Positions 37,451 through 47,852 of a DNA stretch of 48,279 nt are shown here, in pieces. The DNA is from a virus. Position 1 is the first letter of the stretch; every line of letters starts with the position of its first letter. The translations under genes were made by a program, and so were the position numbers. The DNA lies in IMG/VR virus record IMGVR_UViG_3300017446_000001, positions 1-48,279 of that record. The stretch is one strand, 5' to 3'. Below the pieces are notes generated by a model. The model worked only from the letters and a program-made list of their open reading frames with translations. It was not told the DNA's origin and did not search any database.

Positions 37451-40400
37451 GGCTCAACCCCCGGCCGCGTCCACCGTCCCGTTCCGCGCGCCGCGCTACC
37501 GCGCAGCCGCCGGCTGTCCTCCGTGCCGGGCACGATGGGGGCGGTGCTGACGGGCGCGGGGCCTGTAGCCGGCAGCGCAGGGGCGGCGGGCGCGTTCGGC
37601 GTGCCGGGCTGTGCACCTGCTGGCTCGAAGCCTGACGGCACCGGAGTGCCGCCAAACTGCATCACCTGCGCGCCAGGGCTACGGAAGCCGCGGCCCGGTT
37701 CCGGCTGCGCCGACGCCACGGGCATGTTGTCATAGCGCATCTCGACCATGCTGCCGTCGCGGCGGCGCACCGGCATCCGCGCACCCATCTCCCACTGCGA
37801 CATCAGCACCAAGCCCGTGTCGTTCTGATTGGGCACCCACACGCCGCGCTGGGCCGCGCTCCACGCCGTCTGCCGCCGGTCAGCTTCGGTCAGCGCCGGG
37901 TTGCTGCTGTCCGGTGCCGCCAGGTCGTCCGGCTTCATGGCGCGCAGCAGGATGCCCGCGCTGCGCTGCGCGGCGGCGACGCCCAGCGGCTGCCCGTTCG
38001 GCAACTGCTTCGGCACGCGCATCGTACCGTTGAACTCGTACTTGTCGTTGTACACGCGGTCGGTGGCCGTCTGCAGCGCGCTCGATGCGTTCATGCCCTG
38101 CATGGCGTAGTAGTAGGCCAGGTCGCGCACGTTGTCGCGCACGTCGCTAGCAAGCTGGGCGCCCGACTGCTGCTGACCGGCGGTCGCGCTGGTGCGGAAC
38201 GCCTCGGTCGCCTTGTCCAGCCCGCTGTCGATCAGCTTCTTCTCGGCATCCGGCACGCCCGACGCGAAGGCTGCGTGGCTACCGCGCGAGCGCTGCAGGT
38301 TCAGCATGCGCTGGAAGTCGGCCTGGCCCACGGGCGTCGCGATGTTCGCCAGCACCTGATAGGCCGCCGGCAGCTTGCCGTCGCGCACCAGATCACCGAA
38401 CACGCGCGGCCAGTGATCGCCGTACTGGCGGCTCATGGACTGCAGGCGCAACGCGGCGTTGTCGGGCTTGCCGTCCGCGCCAGCCGCCGGGTCGTTGCCC
38501 ATCAGGCGCGCAGCCTCGCCCGCGGCCACGTTGACCGCCAGCACGCGGCGGTTCGCCTCGGGCACGCCCAGCCGCTCCTGCGCTGCCAGGGTGGACGTGA
38601 TGTAGTTGTTCATCGCGGCAGGGTCGGATGGGTTGGCCTGCTGCGCTGCTGCGGCTGCGCGCACAGTCGGATCGGCCATAACGTACTGTGCGGGGTCCGC
38701 GCGCAACTGACCGGCACGGGCTTCCAGCGCACGGTTCAGCACCTGGCCGAGATTGGCCCGCGCCACGGTGTCAGCCGGCGCGTCCTCGTCCGCCACCTTG
38801 CCATCGGGTCCGACGATGGTGCCCCGGCGCTCGCGCAGCTGCTGCGTCAGGGCGCCTGTGCCATTCGCCAGATCGGCCTGCATGGCGGCGATGCCTTCCG
38901 GCGTCGCAAGCTGCACGGCGCGGAACACCTGCCCTTCCACCTTCTTGACCGACAGACCGTCGATGATCTGCTGCGCCTGCTCGGGCTGGAACAGGCGGCG
39001 GATGTCGGGCTCGGGGATCGTCACGTCGGTGCCCAGCGCCAGCGAGCCCGACAGCGCTTCGATCCGCTGCGTCATGCGCGAGCGCTCTTGCGAGTTCATC
39101 GCATCTTCGACCGACCACTGCTGGTTCAGCTTGCCCAGCACCGATGTGCGCAGTTCCGGGTCGTTGCCGGCGGCAGCCAGGGCAGCAGCCATCTGCGCAT
39201 CGCGCCCCGCCATGCCGCTGCCGCTGCGGGTGGACGCTGTGGCCGCCGCGCCGCCCTTGCGCTCGAAGTAGTCGCCAATGGCCTGCAGCGACTGCGCGAC
39301 CGTGGCGCCTGGACGCAGCAGTGAGCCGTTCGAGCGGAATGCCTGATCCGCGATATTCTGGTTGGACGCCGCCGCGTAGATCGCCTTCGCATCCGCGCCG
39401 GGCGGTGCCATGATGAACGCCTTGGCGCCCGCGACGCCCAGCAGCCACGCGGTGTACTGCTCGCGCGGGTTCAGGTCGCGACCGATGGCCTGACGCGCAT
39501 CTGCCTGATAGGCCGACCACACCTTGTCGAAGCCCTCGCGCGTACCGCGCAGGCTGGCCGGCAGCCCCAAGCGCGCAGCGTAGGTGGCCCACGTCCCGTC
39601 AGTGATGCCGCCGCCCCGTGCGCTGGACGTGGGGTTCTTGCCCTCGCCGCCCTCGGCCGCCCACACCTGATCACCGATGCCGCCCTGCGTGTTGCCCGGC
39701 GTGCCCGGCATGTTCGGCAGGCTGCCGTTGCCCATGCCATTGCCGGTCACATTGCCGACGATGTTGGTGGCCAGGGCGTTGCGGACAGGTGTGCGCAGGT
39801 GGTTGTCCAGGCTGATCTGCGTCTGCGCGTCCATGCCGGTGCGGTTGGCCTGGAACAGCGCCTGCGCCGCAAGCGGGTCTTTGTCCGCCAGCGCCAGCAC
39901 GGCGGCCGAATAGAACTTGCCGCGGAACGCTGCGGCCTGCGCCTGCTGCGTGGTGTCGTCCCAGCCCAGCAGCGCGCCCTTGCGCTGCACCGCCAGCAGC
40001 CCGTTCGTCAGGGCGATGCTCTGCTGCTCGGTGTTGAGCCCCGCGCCGGCACCCGCGTTGATCGCCAGAGTGGCCGCACTGTCCTGCGCCGTGGCGCCCG
40101 CGACCCGTACATTCCGCGCATTCGCCCCGGCCGCCTGCCCGAGCATCCCGGCCGTCGTGCCGCCCACCGTGCGGTTCAGGGCGCGCGTCACCCCCGCGTT
40201 CGACGCTTGCCCGACCGTGCTGTCACGCAGCGCCGCCAGTTCCTGCTGGAACTGCGGATAGGCGTCCACCGCCTCCTGCCCCGCCAGCGCCGAATACCGA
40301 CCCCACAGCTCCCCCGACTTCTCGGTGAACGAATTGCGCAGGTTGGTCATCTCGGTGTCGTCCGCGATGGCCTTGTCACGCGCCGCCTGCTCCAAGAACA

Positions 40401-40575
40401 CGTTGGCGACAGACTGCCCCGCGCCCGCGGCCTGGCGGCCCAGGCCGTCAAGCGCACGCGCCTCCATGCCGCCGAACATGTCGGGGCTGGTGCGGACGTT
40501 CTGCGGCGCGAAGTCAGCACGTGCGCCAGCCGCGCTGGGGGCTTCAACCTGCGTAACGGTAGGGGAGCGTGCCAT
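37447..40575 (-). CDS. Large internal virion protein (T7 gp15/gp16-like position) with a possible transglycosylase-like segment
   Basis: The 1042-aa ORF is MARSPTVTQVEAPSAAGARADFAPQNVRTSPDMFGG... The segment WAAEGGEGKNPTSSARGGGITDGTWATYAARLGL weakly resembles an SLT motif (low confidence). Confidence 0.7.
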   Translation of the reverse strand: MARSPTVTQVEAPSAAGARADFAPQNVRTSPDMFGGMEARALDGLGRQAAGAGQSVANVFLEQAARDKAIADDTEMTNLRNSFTEKSGELWGRYSALAGQEAVDAYPQFQQELAALRDSTVGQASNAGVTRALNRTVGGTTAGMLGQAAGANARNVRVAGATAQDSAATLAINAGAGAGLNTEQQSIALTNGLLAVQRKGALLGWDDTTQQAQAAAFRGKFYSAAVLALADKDPLAAQALFQANRTGMDAQTQISLDNHLRTPVRNALATNIVGNVTGNGMGNGSLPNMPGTPGNTQGGIGDQVWAAEGGEGKNPTSSARGGGITDGTWATYAARLGLPASLRGTREGFDKVWSAYQADARQAIGRDLNPREQYTAWLLGVAGAKAFIMAPPGADAKAIYAAASNQNIADQAFRSNGSLLRPGATVAQSLQAIGDYFERKGGAAATASTRSGSGMAGRDAQMAAALAAAGNDPELRTSVLGKLNQQWSVEDAMNSQERSRMTQRIEALSGSLALGTDVTIPEPDIRRLFQPEQAQQIIDGLSVKKVEGQVFRAVQLATPEGIAAMQADLANGTGALTQQLRERRGTIVGPDGKVADEDAPADTVARANLGQVLNRALEARAGQLRADPAQYVMADPTVRAAAAAQQANPSDPAAMNNYITSTLAAQERLGVPEANRRVLAVNVAAGEAARLMGNDPAAGADGKPDNAALRLQSMSRQYGDHWPRVFGDLVRDGKLPAAYQVLANIATPVGQADFQRMLNLQRSRGSHAAFASGVPDAEKKLIDSGLDKATEAFRTSATAGQQQSGAQLASDVRDNVRDLAYYYAMQGMNASSALQTATDRVYNDKYEFNGTMRVPKQLPNGQPLGVAAAQRSAGILLRAMKPDDLAAPDSSNPALTEADRRQTAWSAAQRGVWVPNQNDTGLVLMSQWEMGARMPVRRRDGSMVEMRYDNMPVASAQPEPGRGFRSPGAQVMQFGGTPVPSGFEPAGAQPGTPNAPAAPALPATGPAPVSTAPIVPGTEDSRRLRGSAARGTGRWTRPGVEP

Positions 40576-41189
40576 CAGCCGATCTCCACCCCGGCGCGGG
40601 CTACGCCAGATGCGCGCATGTCGCTATACTTGCTGTACGATCCATACGCCCCCGCCGCCGAACTGACGCCGCCCAGGATCGCGCCCGTGGCCGCCAGCCC
40701 TGCCGCGCTCTGCGCCGACTTGCCCTGCTGCGTCAGCAGGCCGCTTTCCGCGATCTGGTTGGCGCCCTGCTGTTCGTAGTTGAAGGCGCGGATCATCAGG
40801 TCGGTGCTTCCTCGGTTGCCGGCGTCGCGGATGTTGGATTGCGTCTCGCCGTAGATCACGGCGGTGTCCTCGCGCAGATCGACCGCCGAGCCCTGATCGA
40901 CCAGCAAGCCGCGGGCCGCCGTGCTGGCCACCTGCGCCCCGATGATGGCGCGGCTCTTGCGGATGCTGTTCGCTTCCTCGGTGTTCGCCCGCACCACTTC
41001 CTGGCCGGCGCTGCGCCGGGCCTGCTCGGCATTGGCCTGCGACAGCGCCGCGTTGTTGGCGGACACCGCCGACTGGTAGTTGGCGTTGGCCTTCGCAGCC
41101 TTGCCCTGCTGGATCGCGCTATACGCACCGACGCCCGCCGAAGCGACGCCCAATACCGCCGTGGCAATGAGTGCCGTTTCGACGCCCAT
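40575..41189 (-). CDS. Internal virion protein, T7 gp14-like
   Basis: The 204-aa ORF has a GGAG RBS. Translation is MGVETALIATAVLGVASAGVGAYSAIQQGKAAKANANYQSAVSANNAALSQANAEQARRSAGQE... Its size, position and hydrophobic termini are typical. Confidence 0.7.
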   Translation of the reverse strand: MGVETALIATAVLGVASAGVGAYSAIQQGKAAKANANYQSAVSANNAALSQANAEQARRSAGQEVVRANTEEANSIRKSRAIIGAQVASTAARGLLVDQGSAVDLREDTAVIYGETQSNIRDAGNRGSTDLMIRAFNYEQQGANQIAESGLLTQQGKSAQSAAGLAATGAILGGVSSAAGAYGSYSKYSDMRASGVARAGVEIG

Positions 41190-41190
41190 G

Positions 41191-41652
41191 TCAGTTTCTC
41201 CGCTTCTCTAGCCCGATGAACTCTACCGCCTGCGCGCCCAGCCGGACGGTCCCGCCCGTGGGCCGGAAGCCCAGCCATTTTACCCACCGTAGCGCCTTGT
41301 CGTGCCGGTTGTCGATCAGGCATTCCAGCACAGGGTAGCGGTCCAAGGACCACTCGGTGAAGTAGCGAGAGAGGGTCAGCAGCGCCTTGCGCCCCGGACC
41401 CTGCACGGCCGGGGTGTCCAGCATCCACAGCAGCGCACGCTCGCCCACCAGTGACCGCGGGCACAGGCCCCACATGGCGATGGGCTTCCCGTCCATGATG
41501 GCGGTGTCGGCCACCATGGAGGTTTGCAAACTGTAAAGCACCGCCTGCTCGGGCGTCAGGCCGTGACCCTCGCATTCCTGTACAGTTTGTGCAGACATCG
41601 CCGCTGCGATCTGCAGCGCGTGCTCCTGTGTAGCCGGCTCGACGGTGATCAT
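41191..41652 (-). CDS. Internal virion protein A, T7 gp13-like (acetyltransferase-like fold family)
   Basis: The 153-aa ORF has an ATGA overlap. Translation is MITVEPATQEHALQIAAAMSAQTVQECEGHGLTPEQAVLYSLQTSMVADTAIMDGKPIAMWGLCPRSLVGERALLWMLDT... It lies right after the tail tubular B gene. Confidence 0.65.
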   Translation of the reverse strand: MITVEPATQEHALQIAAAMSAQTVQECEGHGLTPEQAVLYSLQTSMVADTAIMDGKPIAMWGLCPRSLVGERALLWMLDTPAVQGPGRKALLTLSRYFTEWSLDRYPVLECLIDNRHDKALRWVKWLGFRPTGGTVRLGAQAVEFIGLEKRRN

Positions 41653-44600
41653 TGCGTGGTGTCTCCGGGCGTCAGGAACGGGATGACCGCCAGCACCGTT
41701 GCCGGCAGGGGCCAGGACTGCTGTATGCAGATGACGCCGGTTTCCGTCCAGTCCGTCTGGATCGGGACTTCCAGATCATCCGTGACCAGCGGTTCCAGCG
41801 CCAGCGGTGCGCCCTCGTAGGCGGCCTGCAGCGCCTGGCCCCCGCGCTGCAGCCGGGTCGGGGCGCCCCAGGGCTCATGCTCGCGCTGCGGCAACTCGAA
41901 CAGGTCGTTCCACGACTGCCCCACCACCAGGCCGCGGCTTTCGCGCAGCCGGACCACGACCTTGGACACCGACTTGCGCCGGCCCTGCAGCGTGCTGCCC
42001 TGCGGTATCTCAACCGGCATGGTCTGCAGCTGGGCCGTGAAGCCCTGGCCGACGATCACGTGCGACGCCGGGATATCCAGCGCCACCTCGCCGTTGACCA
42101 CCTGGCGGGGCGCGTGCACCTGCCCGTCTGCCAGCACCTGCACGGTCGATCCGTTCAGGTGGTCCAGGCCGCCCACACGGGTCACGTCGTAGCTGACCGT
42201 CCACGTGCCGGGTTCGGCGCGTAGCATCTGGTCGGGCGTCTCGCCGTTGGCCATGGCGGTCGGCATGCGCTCCATGCGGCAGCGGAAGCTCTGCCCCTCG
42301 ATAGCCTCCACCCGCCCCTTGCCGCCGCGGACCCGCACCACGGCGCCGATGGCTTCCGGCGGGGTGGGCGACGTGAAGGTCATGTAGGTAGCCAACGCGA
42401 CCGTCAGCGCGGCACCGGACCCGGAGGCGTCACGCACGATCAGCCGGGGGTCGCTATAGCCACGGCCGCCGTTGATCAGCACCGCGCCGTTGATGACGCC
42501 GTTGAAGATGCTGGCGCGCACGTCGCCGCCCGTGCCGGTCGGATCGTTGATCTCGACCACCGGGTTGACGTAGCCGACACCACCGTGCCCCACCGCCGGC
42601 TCGATCAGCAGCCCGCGATCCACGCTGACGACATCGAGCCACCCATTGCGCGGCTGCGGCTCGTAGGCGGCACCGCCATCGACGCACCACGCGGCTTCGG
42701 CCGTGGCGGGGATCGCGGCGACAGGATCGCCCGCACCCACCCGCTGCACCATGCGCTCGACGTGGTATGTGTAGCCAATGCCGGTCAGCCGCTTGACGAC
42801 CAGATATACCGCATCCTCGCGGCCTTCGGGGATCGTCGCGATGCTGACCACGCTGCCGTGCGTGTCGTGCCGCGCCCAGCCGTACACCTCCTGCTCTTTC
42901 AGGTAGGTCAGCGACAGCAGCACCCCGTCGTCGCGCACCGCCCATACCATGTGGAAGGGCTCGCCAGCATACACCCACTGGACGATGCGGTGGTTCTCCA
43001 GCAGGTGCGCCGACAGCACGCTGATGTCCTGGCTGGCGAAGGTGCTGCTATAGAAGTTGTAGGCGAGTTCCGCCACGATGCTGCCCCGCGACTGCGCGTA
43101 CAGCAGCTGGTTGCCGACACGCAGCGGCTGCAGCCCATCTTGTGCGCCGACGAACGCCTGCGGCTGCGCGTTCAGGGTGGACGGGGTGACGCCGCCTTCG
43201 CCCGTGATCAGGTAGGCGCCCCCGGACGTGAGCGCAAGCAGGCCGCCCGGCGCGGTGATCAGCGACGTGATCGTGTTGACTTCGGTGGCGTTCAGCGCCG
43301 CCGTGATCGCGTCGTCGTCTTGCGTGGGCTCGCTGACGTTGAAGTTGGTGAACTGGCCCGGCCGCGACAGCCACAGCGTGCTGGGGTTCTCGCGGCTGCC
43401 GCCGAACACCCGGCGCTGCTGCAGGTACGCGCAGCAGTTCGGCCGGTTCGCCGCGCCGCCGTTGAACGGATCGCGCGGAACCGGCGGCCCCTGCGTGAAG
43501 TCGGGTGCGTAGTTCACGTCGGTGAACTGGATAGTGAACACGTTGCCCACCACGCCGTAGGTGTAGGGGCCGGTGCCCTGCAGCCCGTCCGGGATCGGCT
43601 GCGCCTTGTACACGCGATACTGCGTGGCGCCGGGCACCGCGGTCCACGTGATCTGGTTGACGCGGGATACGGTGCCGCCGCCGGGCAGCGCCAGCGACGG
43701 ATCGAGCGCCTTGTTGACGCAGGACGCGCCCGCCCCGACAGCACTCTCGCGGCCGTTGGCGTCGAGCGCCGTGACCACGTAGGGGTAGAAGAACAACTGC
43801 GTCGCAGCGTCGCCCGTCGCCAGGGGCGTGGCGAGCACGTCGGTAGGCGGTGGCACCTGCGCGCCGTACACCTCGGGCTCGATGCGCCAGTCTGCAGCGG
43901 CATAGCGCTTGATGTCGTAGGCCGGGTAGTCCAGATGCGTCACCGTCATCACGTCGGCGCTCTGCACGAAGTTCAGGCTGAACAGGTCGTCCGACGCCCA
44001 CGGGGTCAAAATCTCGAACACCTTGGACACGATGCCGCTGACGAATGGCGTCCAGCCGGACGGATCGACCCGACGATACCCGGCGTCGCTGTCCTGCTCG
44101 CTCAGGTACACCTCGGTGCCATCCACGTGCGACACCAAGAAGGTGCGGCCGTTCACCGCGCTGATGCCGCTCGGCCGCGCCAAGCCCGCCACGCTGTCCA
44201 GCCGCACCATATCGCCTGCCACGAAGTCATGCCCCGCGACCACCAAGCGCAGCTGCACACCGCTCGCCGCATTGCCAGCCGCCGCGATAGCGAAGGGCGC
44301 TCGCGTCACCACCGCCCCGTCGAAGATCACGCGCATCCGGCCGGCGTGCAGTTCCAGCACATATGCCTGCTGGCTGTTGAACACGAAGGGCACCAGCCGC
44401 GGCACGGGCGTGCCGATGCCCGGCCGGCTTTGCGCGACGTGCCGAGTGCCAGGACGGGTGGTCGCGCCGCCGCGGGGGTCCACGAAGAAGTTCCGCATGA
44501 CGGCCGCGCCGACTTGGTACTTCGCCAGGTCAACACGCCCCTGCAGCGATGGGGTCAGTTCGCCAGCAGCAAAGCTGGTCTTGATGATCGGTGCGGCCAT
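41649..44600 (-). CDS. Tail tubular protein B (nozzle), T7 gp12-like
   Basis: The 983-aa ORF is MAAPIIKTSFAAGELTPSLQGRVDLAKYQVGAAVMRNFFVDPRGGATTRPGTRHV..., the characteristic N-terminus of podoviral nozzle proteins. Confidence 0.85.
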   Translation of the reverse strand: MAAPIIKTSFAAGELTPSLQGRVDLAKYQVGAAVMRNFFVDPRGGATTRPGTRHVAQSRPGIGTPVPRLVPFVFNSQQAYVLELHAGRMRVIFDGAVVTRAPFAIAAAGNAASGVQLRLVVAGHDFVAGDMVRLDSVAGLARPSGISAVNGRTFLVSHVDGTEVYLSEQDSDAGYRRVDPSGWTPFVSGIVSKVFEILTPWASDDLFSLNFVQSADVMTVTHLDYPAYDIKRYAAADWRIEPEVYGAQVPPPTDVLATPLATGDAATQLFFYPYVVTALDANGRESAVGAGASCVNKALDPSLALPGGGTVSRVNQITWTAVPGATQYRVYKAQPIPDGLQGTGPYTYGVVGNVFTIQFTDVNYAPDFTQGPPVPRDPFNGGAANRPNCCAYLQQRRVFGGSRENPSTLWLSRPGQFTNFNVSEPTQDDDAITAALNATEVNTITSLITAPGGLLALTSGGAYLITGEGGVTPSTLNAQPQAFVGAQDGLQPLRVGNQLLYAQSRGSIVAELAYNFYSSTFASQDISVLSAHLLENHRIVQWVYAGEPFHMVWAVRDDGVLLSLTYLKEQEVYGWARHDTHGSVVSIATIPEGREDAVYLVVKRLTGIGYTYHVERMVQRVGAGDPVAAIPATAEAAWCVDGGAAYEPQPRNGWLDVVSVDRGLLIEPAVGHGGVGYVNPVVEINDPTGTGGDVRASIFNGVINGAVLINGGRGYSDPRLIVRDASGSGAALTVALATYMTFTSPTPPEAIGAVVRVRGGKGRVEAIEGQSFRCRMERMPTAMANGETPDQMLRAEPGTWTVSYDVTRVGGLDHLNGSTVQVLADGQVHAPRQVVNGEVALDIPASHVIVGQGFTAQLQTMPVEIPQGSTLQGRRKSVSKVVVRLRESRGLVVGQSWNDLFELPQREHEPWGAPTRLQRGGQALQAAYEGAPLALEPLVTDDLEVPIQTDWTETGVICIQQSWPLPATVLAVIPFLTPGDTTQ

Positions 44601-44607
44601 GGTGCCC

Positions 44608-45330
44608 TCAGAACTTCAAGAAGCCGGGCGTCGCCCAGCCGGTGACGCCGCTTGTCTGCTCGGGCATGGCGTCCACGCCGCCACCACGGGCTGCCAGCCA
44701 ATCCGGCACGCGCTGCGTCTGGATCAACCCTTCGTTGCCGTCGCTCACACGCGCCGCCTGTAGCGTCTGCATCGCGGACTGCGCCATGCGCTGCGCAATG
44801 GGCATCGAGCCGTTGACCGCCAGCGCGATCTGCGATGCGAGGCTGAACACCATGGCCTGCTCGAAGCTGTCGTCCCAAAAGTCCTCGACCTCGACGCGCT
44901 GCGTGTAGCAGGCCACGGCGTCCGCAGTGTCGGTGTTGATCAGCCGCTGCTGCGCGCTGCTGGTGTCGCGCGCTAGCGACAAGGCGTACCGGGCCGGGCG
45001 CAAGCCCAGCCCAGCAACCCCATCCCGCGCCGTGACATAGCGCACGGCCACGCAGTCGTCCGGCATCAGGTACGCAAAGCCCCACGGCAGCATGGGGTGC
45101 AGCGTCTGGTCCCACGGCGCGTTGCCGTCCGCAGTGCGCAGCAGGGTCAGCTTCGCCATGGTGCGAGCAAAGCCCCAATGCGCCGACCGCAGCAGTGCGT
45201 CGCGGGTGCTATCGTACACCTCACGCACGTACCGGGCTTCTGCCTCCCGGTCGCGCGAAAGGTCCGTGATGCCGGTCTTGGCCCCCAGCGCAAGCAGCGC
45301 GCGGTTGGCGATATCGACTTGCGTGGTCAT
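44608..45330 (-). CDS. Tail tubular protein A (adaptor), T7 gp11-like
   Basis: The 240-aa ORF is MTTQVDIANRALLALGAKTGITDLSRDREAEARYVREVYDSTRDALLRSAHWGFARTMAKLTLL..., the characteristic gp11-type N-terminus. Confidence 0.85.
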   Translation of the reverse strand: MTTQVDIANRALLALGAKTGITDLSRDREAEARYVREVYDSTRDALLRSAHWGFARTMAKLTLLRTADGNAPWDQTLHPMLPWGFAYLMPDDCVAVRYVTARDGVAGLGLRPARYALSLARDTSSAQQRLINTDTADAVACYTQRVEVEDFWDDSFEQAMVFSLASQIALAVNGSMPIAQRMAQSAMQTLQAARVSDGNEGLIQTQRVPDWLAARGGGVDAMPEQTSGVTGWATPGFLKF

Positions 45331-45339
45331 GTCCGTTCC

Positions 45340-47415
45340 TTACGGGTTGCCGGTGCGCTCGAACCGATGCTTGGCTTCTTGCAGATAGCCGGCCGCGTCG
45401 GTGTACGGCGCCCCCTTCGCCTGCAGCTGATCAGCCAGATCGCGCGCCTCCGTATCGTTCAGTTCCTGATAGATCAAGCGCAGGCTGCCGACCAGCAACT
45501 GGCCGTACTCGCCATCGCTGTGCGACCAACCATCGCCGTTGGACTGGTCGGCCGCCACGGTAGCCGCCTTCACCGCGGCCCAAGTCCCGTAAGGCGTCAG
45601 CGTCGCATCGGACACCCGCGCCAAGTACGTGACGGCATCGTTGCCCAGGAACTTGACGCGACCCTTCTGGAAGTTGGACAGCCACACCAGCAGCGCCCGC
45701 GCATCCGCGTTGCCGAACCGCGTACCCTGCGCCGTGGCCTCGGTGAAGTAGTCGTTCTGCCACATGCGGATGACGCCGCCTTCTTCCTCGTTGAAGTAGG
45801 GGATGAAGCCGTAAGTCTCCTTCTGCGAGGTGGTCCACGCAGCTTTCTGATCGTTGAGCCACTTCCAGTTCCGGGCAGACACCTTCTTGAAATAGATGCG
45901 CTGCCAGCTTCCGGCATCCGATATGTCCGCCGCGCTGTCGATGCGCGCCAAGTTCCACGCCGCAGCGCGCACCTGACCGCCAGCCACCAACAGGTTGCCG
46001 TCCTTGCCGCGCTGCGGCGTGTCGCTGTATCGAGGATCTTCTGCCCACACGTTCAGGATCAGCCACGCGGCTGCAGCTTGCGCGTTGTCGCGGAAGTCCT
46101 CGCGCCCGGTCAGCAGGTACGGCACCGAGAAGAAGTCGGGGAAGTGAGCGCTTTCCGGCGTCCAGCCCGTGACGGACGGCTGCGGTATCTGCTGCGTCAG
46201 GCCGGACGAATAGTAGTCGCCGGGCGTGCCGGTCCCGCCGCGGCCGTCAGTCCACAGGCAGATATAGTTGTCGGTGTTGAGCCACTTGTTGTTGCCCTTA
46301 TCCCACAGGAACATGGGCGCGCATGTCGCGGCTTCGGCCTGCCCGATCATCACGTCAAAGGCACGCTGGTCCCGCGAGCACAGGAAGGACGCCTGGCTTT
46401 CCGTGGTGGGGCCGATACCCGACGACGCCCCGGTGTTGGGCATGAAGCGCTCGATGCCTCGCGGATCGCCCGGCGTGTCCCAAGTAGGCGACGCGCGCAT
46501 GGTCGCATACTGCGCCAGCCGCGCTTCCAGCACGGGGCCTTCGATGTAGCGAGCAATGCGCTTGGTCTGCTCCAACGCCGCCGTGGTCGGCATGTTGGGA
46601 TACGACGGGGTGCCGATGGCATAGGTGCGGTTGGTGTAGTGGTGGATCGTATCCATCGGCTTCTGCGCCGTCAGCACGCCTGCCTTGTACAGCTTGATCG
46701 ACACGCGCAGCGGGCCGCCGTCCAGCAGCATCGCACCATCGTTGCGGATGACCACAATGCCGTAGTCCTGCTGGTATGCGTCAAACACCACGCGCGCAGA
46801 CGCCACGCCCGCGAACGACTTGGGCACATCAACGATGTAGCGCTGCGCCGCGCCCTGCGTTACCGGCGAGCGCCCTTGCGTCGAGAAGGTCCACGTATCG
46901 CCAAGGCTGTTCGTCAGCGCGACAGAATACTGGCCGGTCGGGGCGGGGGTTGGGTCGGCCGCCTTCACCGTCAGCATGAACGGAACGGTGCTGGACACCA
47001 CCGTCGAGCCCGTCACCTGCAGGCCGATGGTGATGGGGAAGTTGCCCAGGCCGGTGGCCTTGGTGCCCTGCAGCACCGAGAAGGTGGTGTTGTTGCGCAC
47101 CGACGACAGCGTGACCGTGTTGTCGTTCGGCACCGGCACCGGCAGCACGCCGCTGGGCAGCGGGGCACTCAGCGTCACCACGGCCAGTTCGGTGCCCGGC
47201 GTCACGTTGCCCTGGACGATGGTGCGGCTGGCGGTGTCCAGCGTCAGCGTCGGCAGCGTGGGAACCGGGATCGCGCCCGTCAGGCGCACAGCTTCGGCCA
47301 GCAGCGCCGGCAGATCGAAGCGCACGCTGCGCCCGCCCTGCTCGCCGTACAGGCTGTCGCCAGTCAGGAAGGCCGTGACTACCGGCGACATGCCGCTTTC
47401 GTTCGATCCGCTCAT
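45340..47415 (-). CDS. Large tail-associated protein: Ig-like N-terminal region plus a helix-rich C-terminal region (possible polysaccharide-degrading enzyme)
   Basis: The 691-aa ORF has ATGA coupling. The N-terminus is beta-rich, TLDTASRTIVQGNVTPGTELAVVTLSAPLPSG...FMLTVKAADPTP. The C-terminus has Trp/Asp-rich helices (...MFLWDKGNNKWLNTDNYICLWTDGRGG...AAAWLILNVWAEDPRYSD...QVRAAAWNLARIDSAADI...). The enzymatic call is an inference. Confidence 0.7.
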   Translation of the reverse strand: MSGSNESGMSPVVTAFLTGDSLYGEQGGRSVRFDLPALLAEAVRLTGAIPVPTLPTLTLDTASRTIVQGNVTPGTELAVVTLSAPLPSGVLPVPVPNDNTVTLSSVRNNTTFSVLQGTKATGLGNFPITIGLQVTGSTVVSSTVPFMLTVKAADPTPAPTGQYSVALTNSLGDTWTFSTQGRSPVTQGAAQRYIVDVPKSFAGVASARVVFDAYQQDYGIVVIRNDGAMLLDGGPLRVSIKLYKAGVLTAQKPMDTIHHYTNRTYAIGTPSYPNMPTTAALEQTKRIARYIEGPVLEARLAQYATMRASPTWDTPGDPRGIERFMPNTGASSGIGPTTESQASFLCSRDQRAFDVMIGQAEAATCAPMFLWDKGNNKWLNTDNYICLWTDGRGGTGTPGDYYSSGLTQQIPQPSVTGWTPESAHFPDFFSVPYLLTGREDFRDNAQAAAAWLILNVWAEDPRYSDTPQRGKDGNLLVAGGQVRAAAWNLARIDSAADISDAGSWQRIYFKKVSARNWKWLNDQKAAWTTSQKETYGFIPYFNEEEGGVIRMWQNDYFTEATAQGTRFGNADARALLVWLSNFQKGRVKFLGNDAVTYLARVSDATLTPYGTWAAVKAATVAADQSNGDGWSHSDGEYGQLLVGSLRLIYQELNDTEARDLADQLQAKGAPYTDAAGYLQEAKHRFERTGNP

Positions 47416-47852
47416 GGCATTACCACCGTTGGGGTTGGGATGTTGGCTGTGATATGCACGATTGCCGAGCTAACCATATTGATCTGCAGCGCGCCCAGCA
47501 GGACTGCCGGCCGCGTTATCTCGACAATGACGTACTCGTTGGTGCACGTCACCACCTTCACATCCGGCGCCGTGCCGGTAGCGCCCTCGACCGACGTGGT
47601 GACGACGGGCTTGACGCCCACATCGTATGGGTTGGGAAACACCCACTTCGCCTGCCCGGCCTTGACGCCCGCGTTGGCACCCACGCCGTCAGCCATCAGC
47701 GTGACGACGTGGGCACGCTGCATGGGCGGCAGGCGCGGAAAGCGAACCGCCATGCCGTCACGGAAGCCCGGCACGCTATCGCCAGGCTTCCAGCCCGCGA
47801 CCAGCGGCGCGTTGCCGTCAGCCGCGGGGTCCACGCCGGAGTATCCGCTCAT
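47412..47852 (-). CDS. Hypothetical tail-module protein (146 aa)
   Basis: The ATG at 47852 overlaps the stop of the wrap-around tailspike gene (ATGA). Translation is MSGYSGVDPAADGNAPLVAGWKPGDSVPGFRDGMAVRFPRLPPMQRAHVVTLMADGVGANAGVKAGQAKWVFPNPYD... The N-terminal 92 codons of the listed 238-aa ORF are an Arg/Gly-rich shadow. Confidence 0.7.
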   Translation of the reverse strand: MSGYSGVDPAADGNAPLVAGWKPGDSVPGFRDGMAVRFPRLPPMQRAHVVTLMADGVGANAGVKAGQAKWVFPNPYDVGVKPVVTTSVEGATGTAPDVKVVTCTNEYVIVEITRPAVLLGALQINMVSSAIVHITANIPTPTVVMP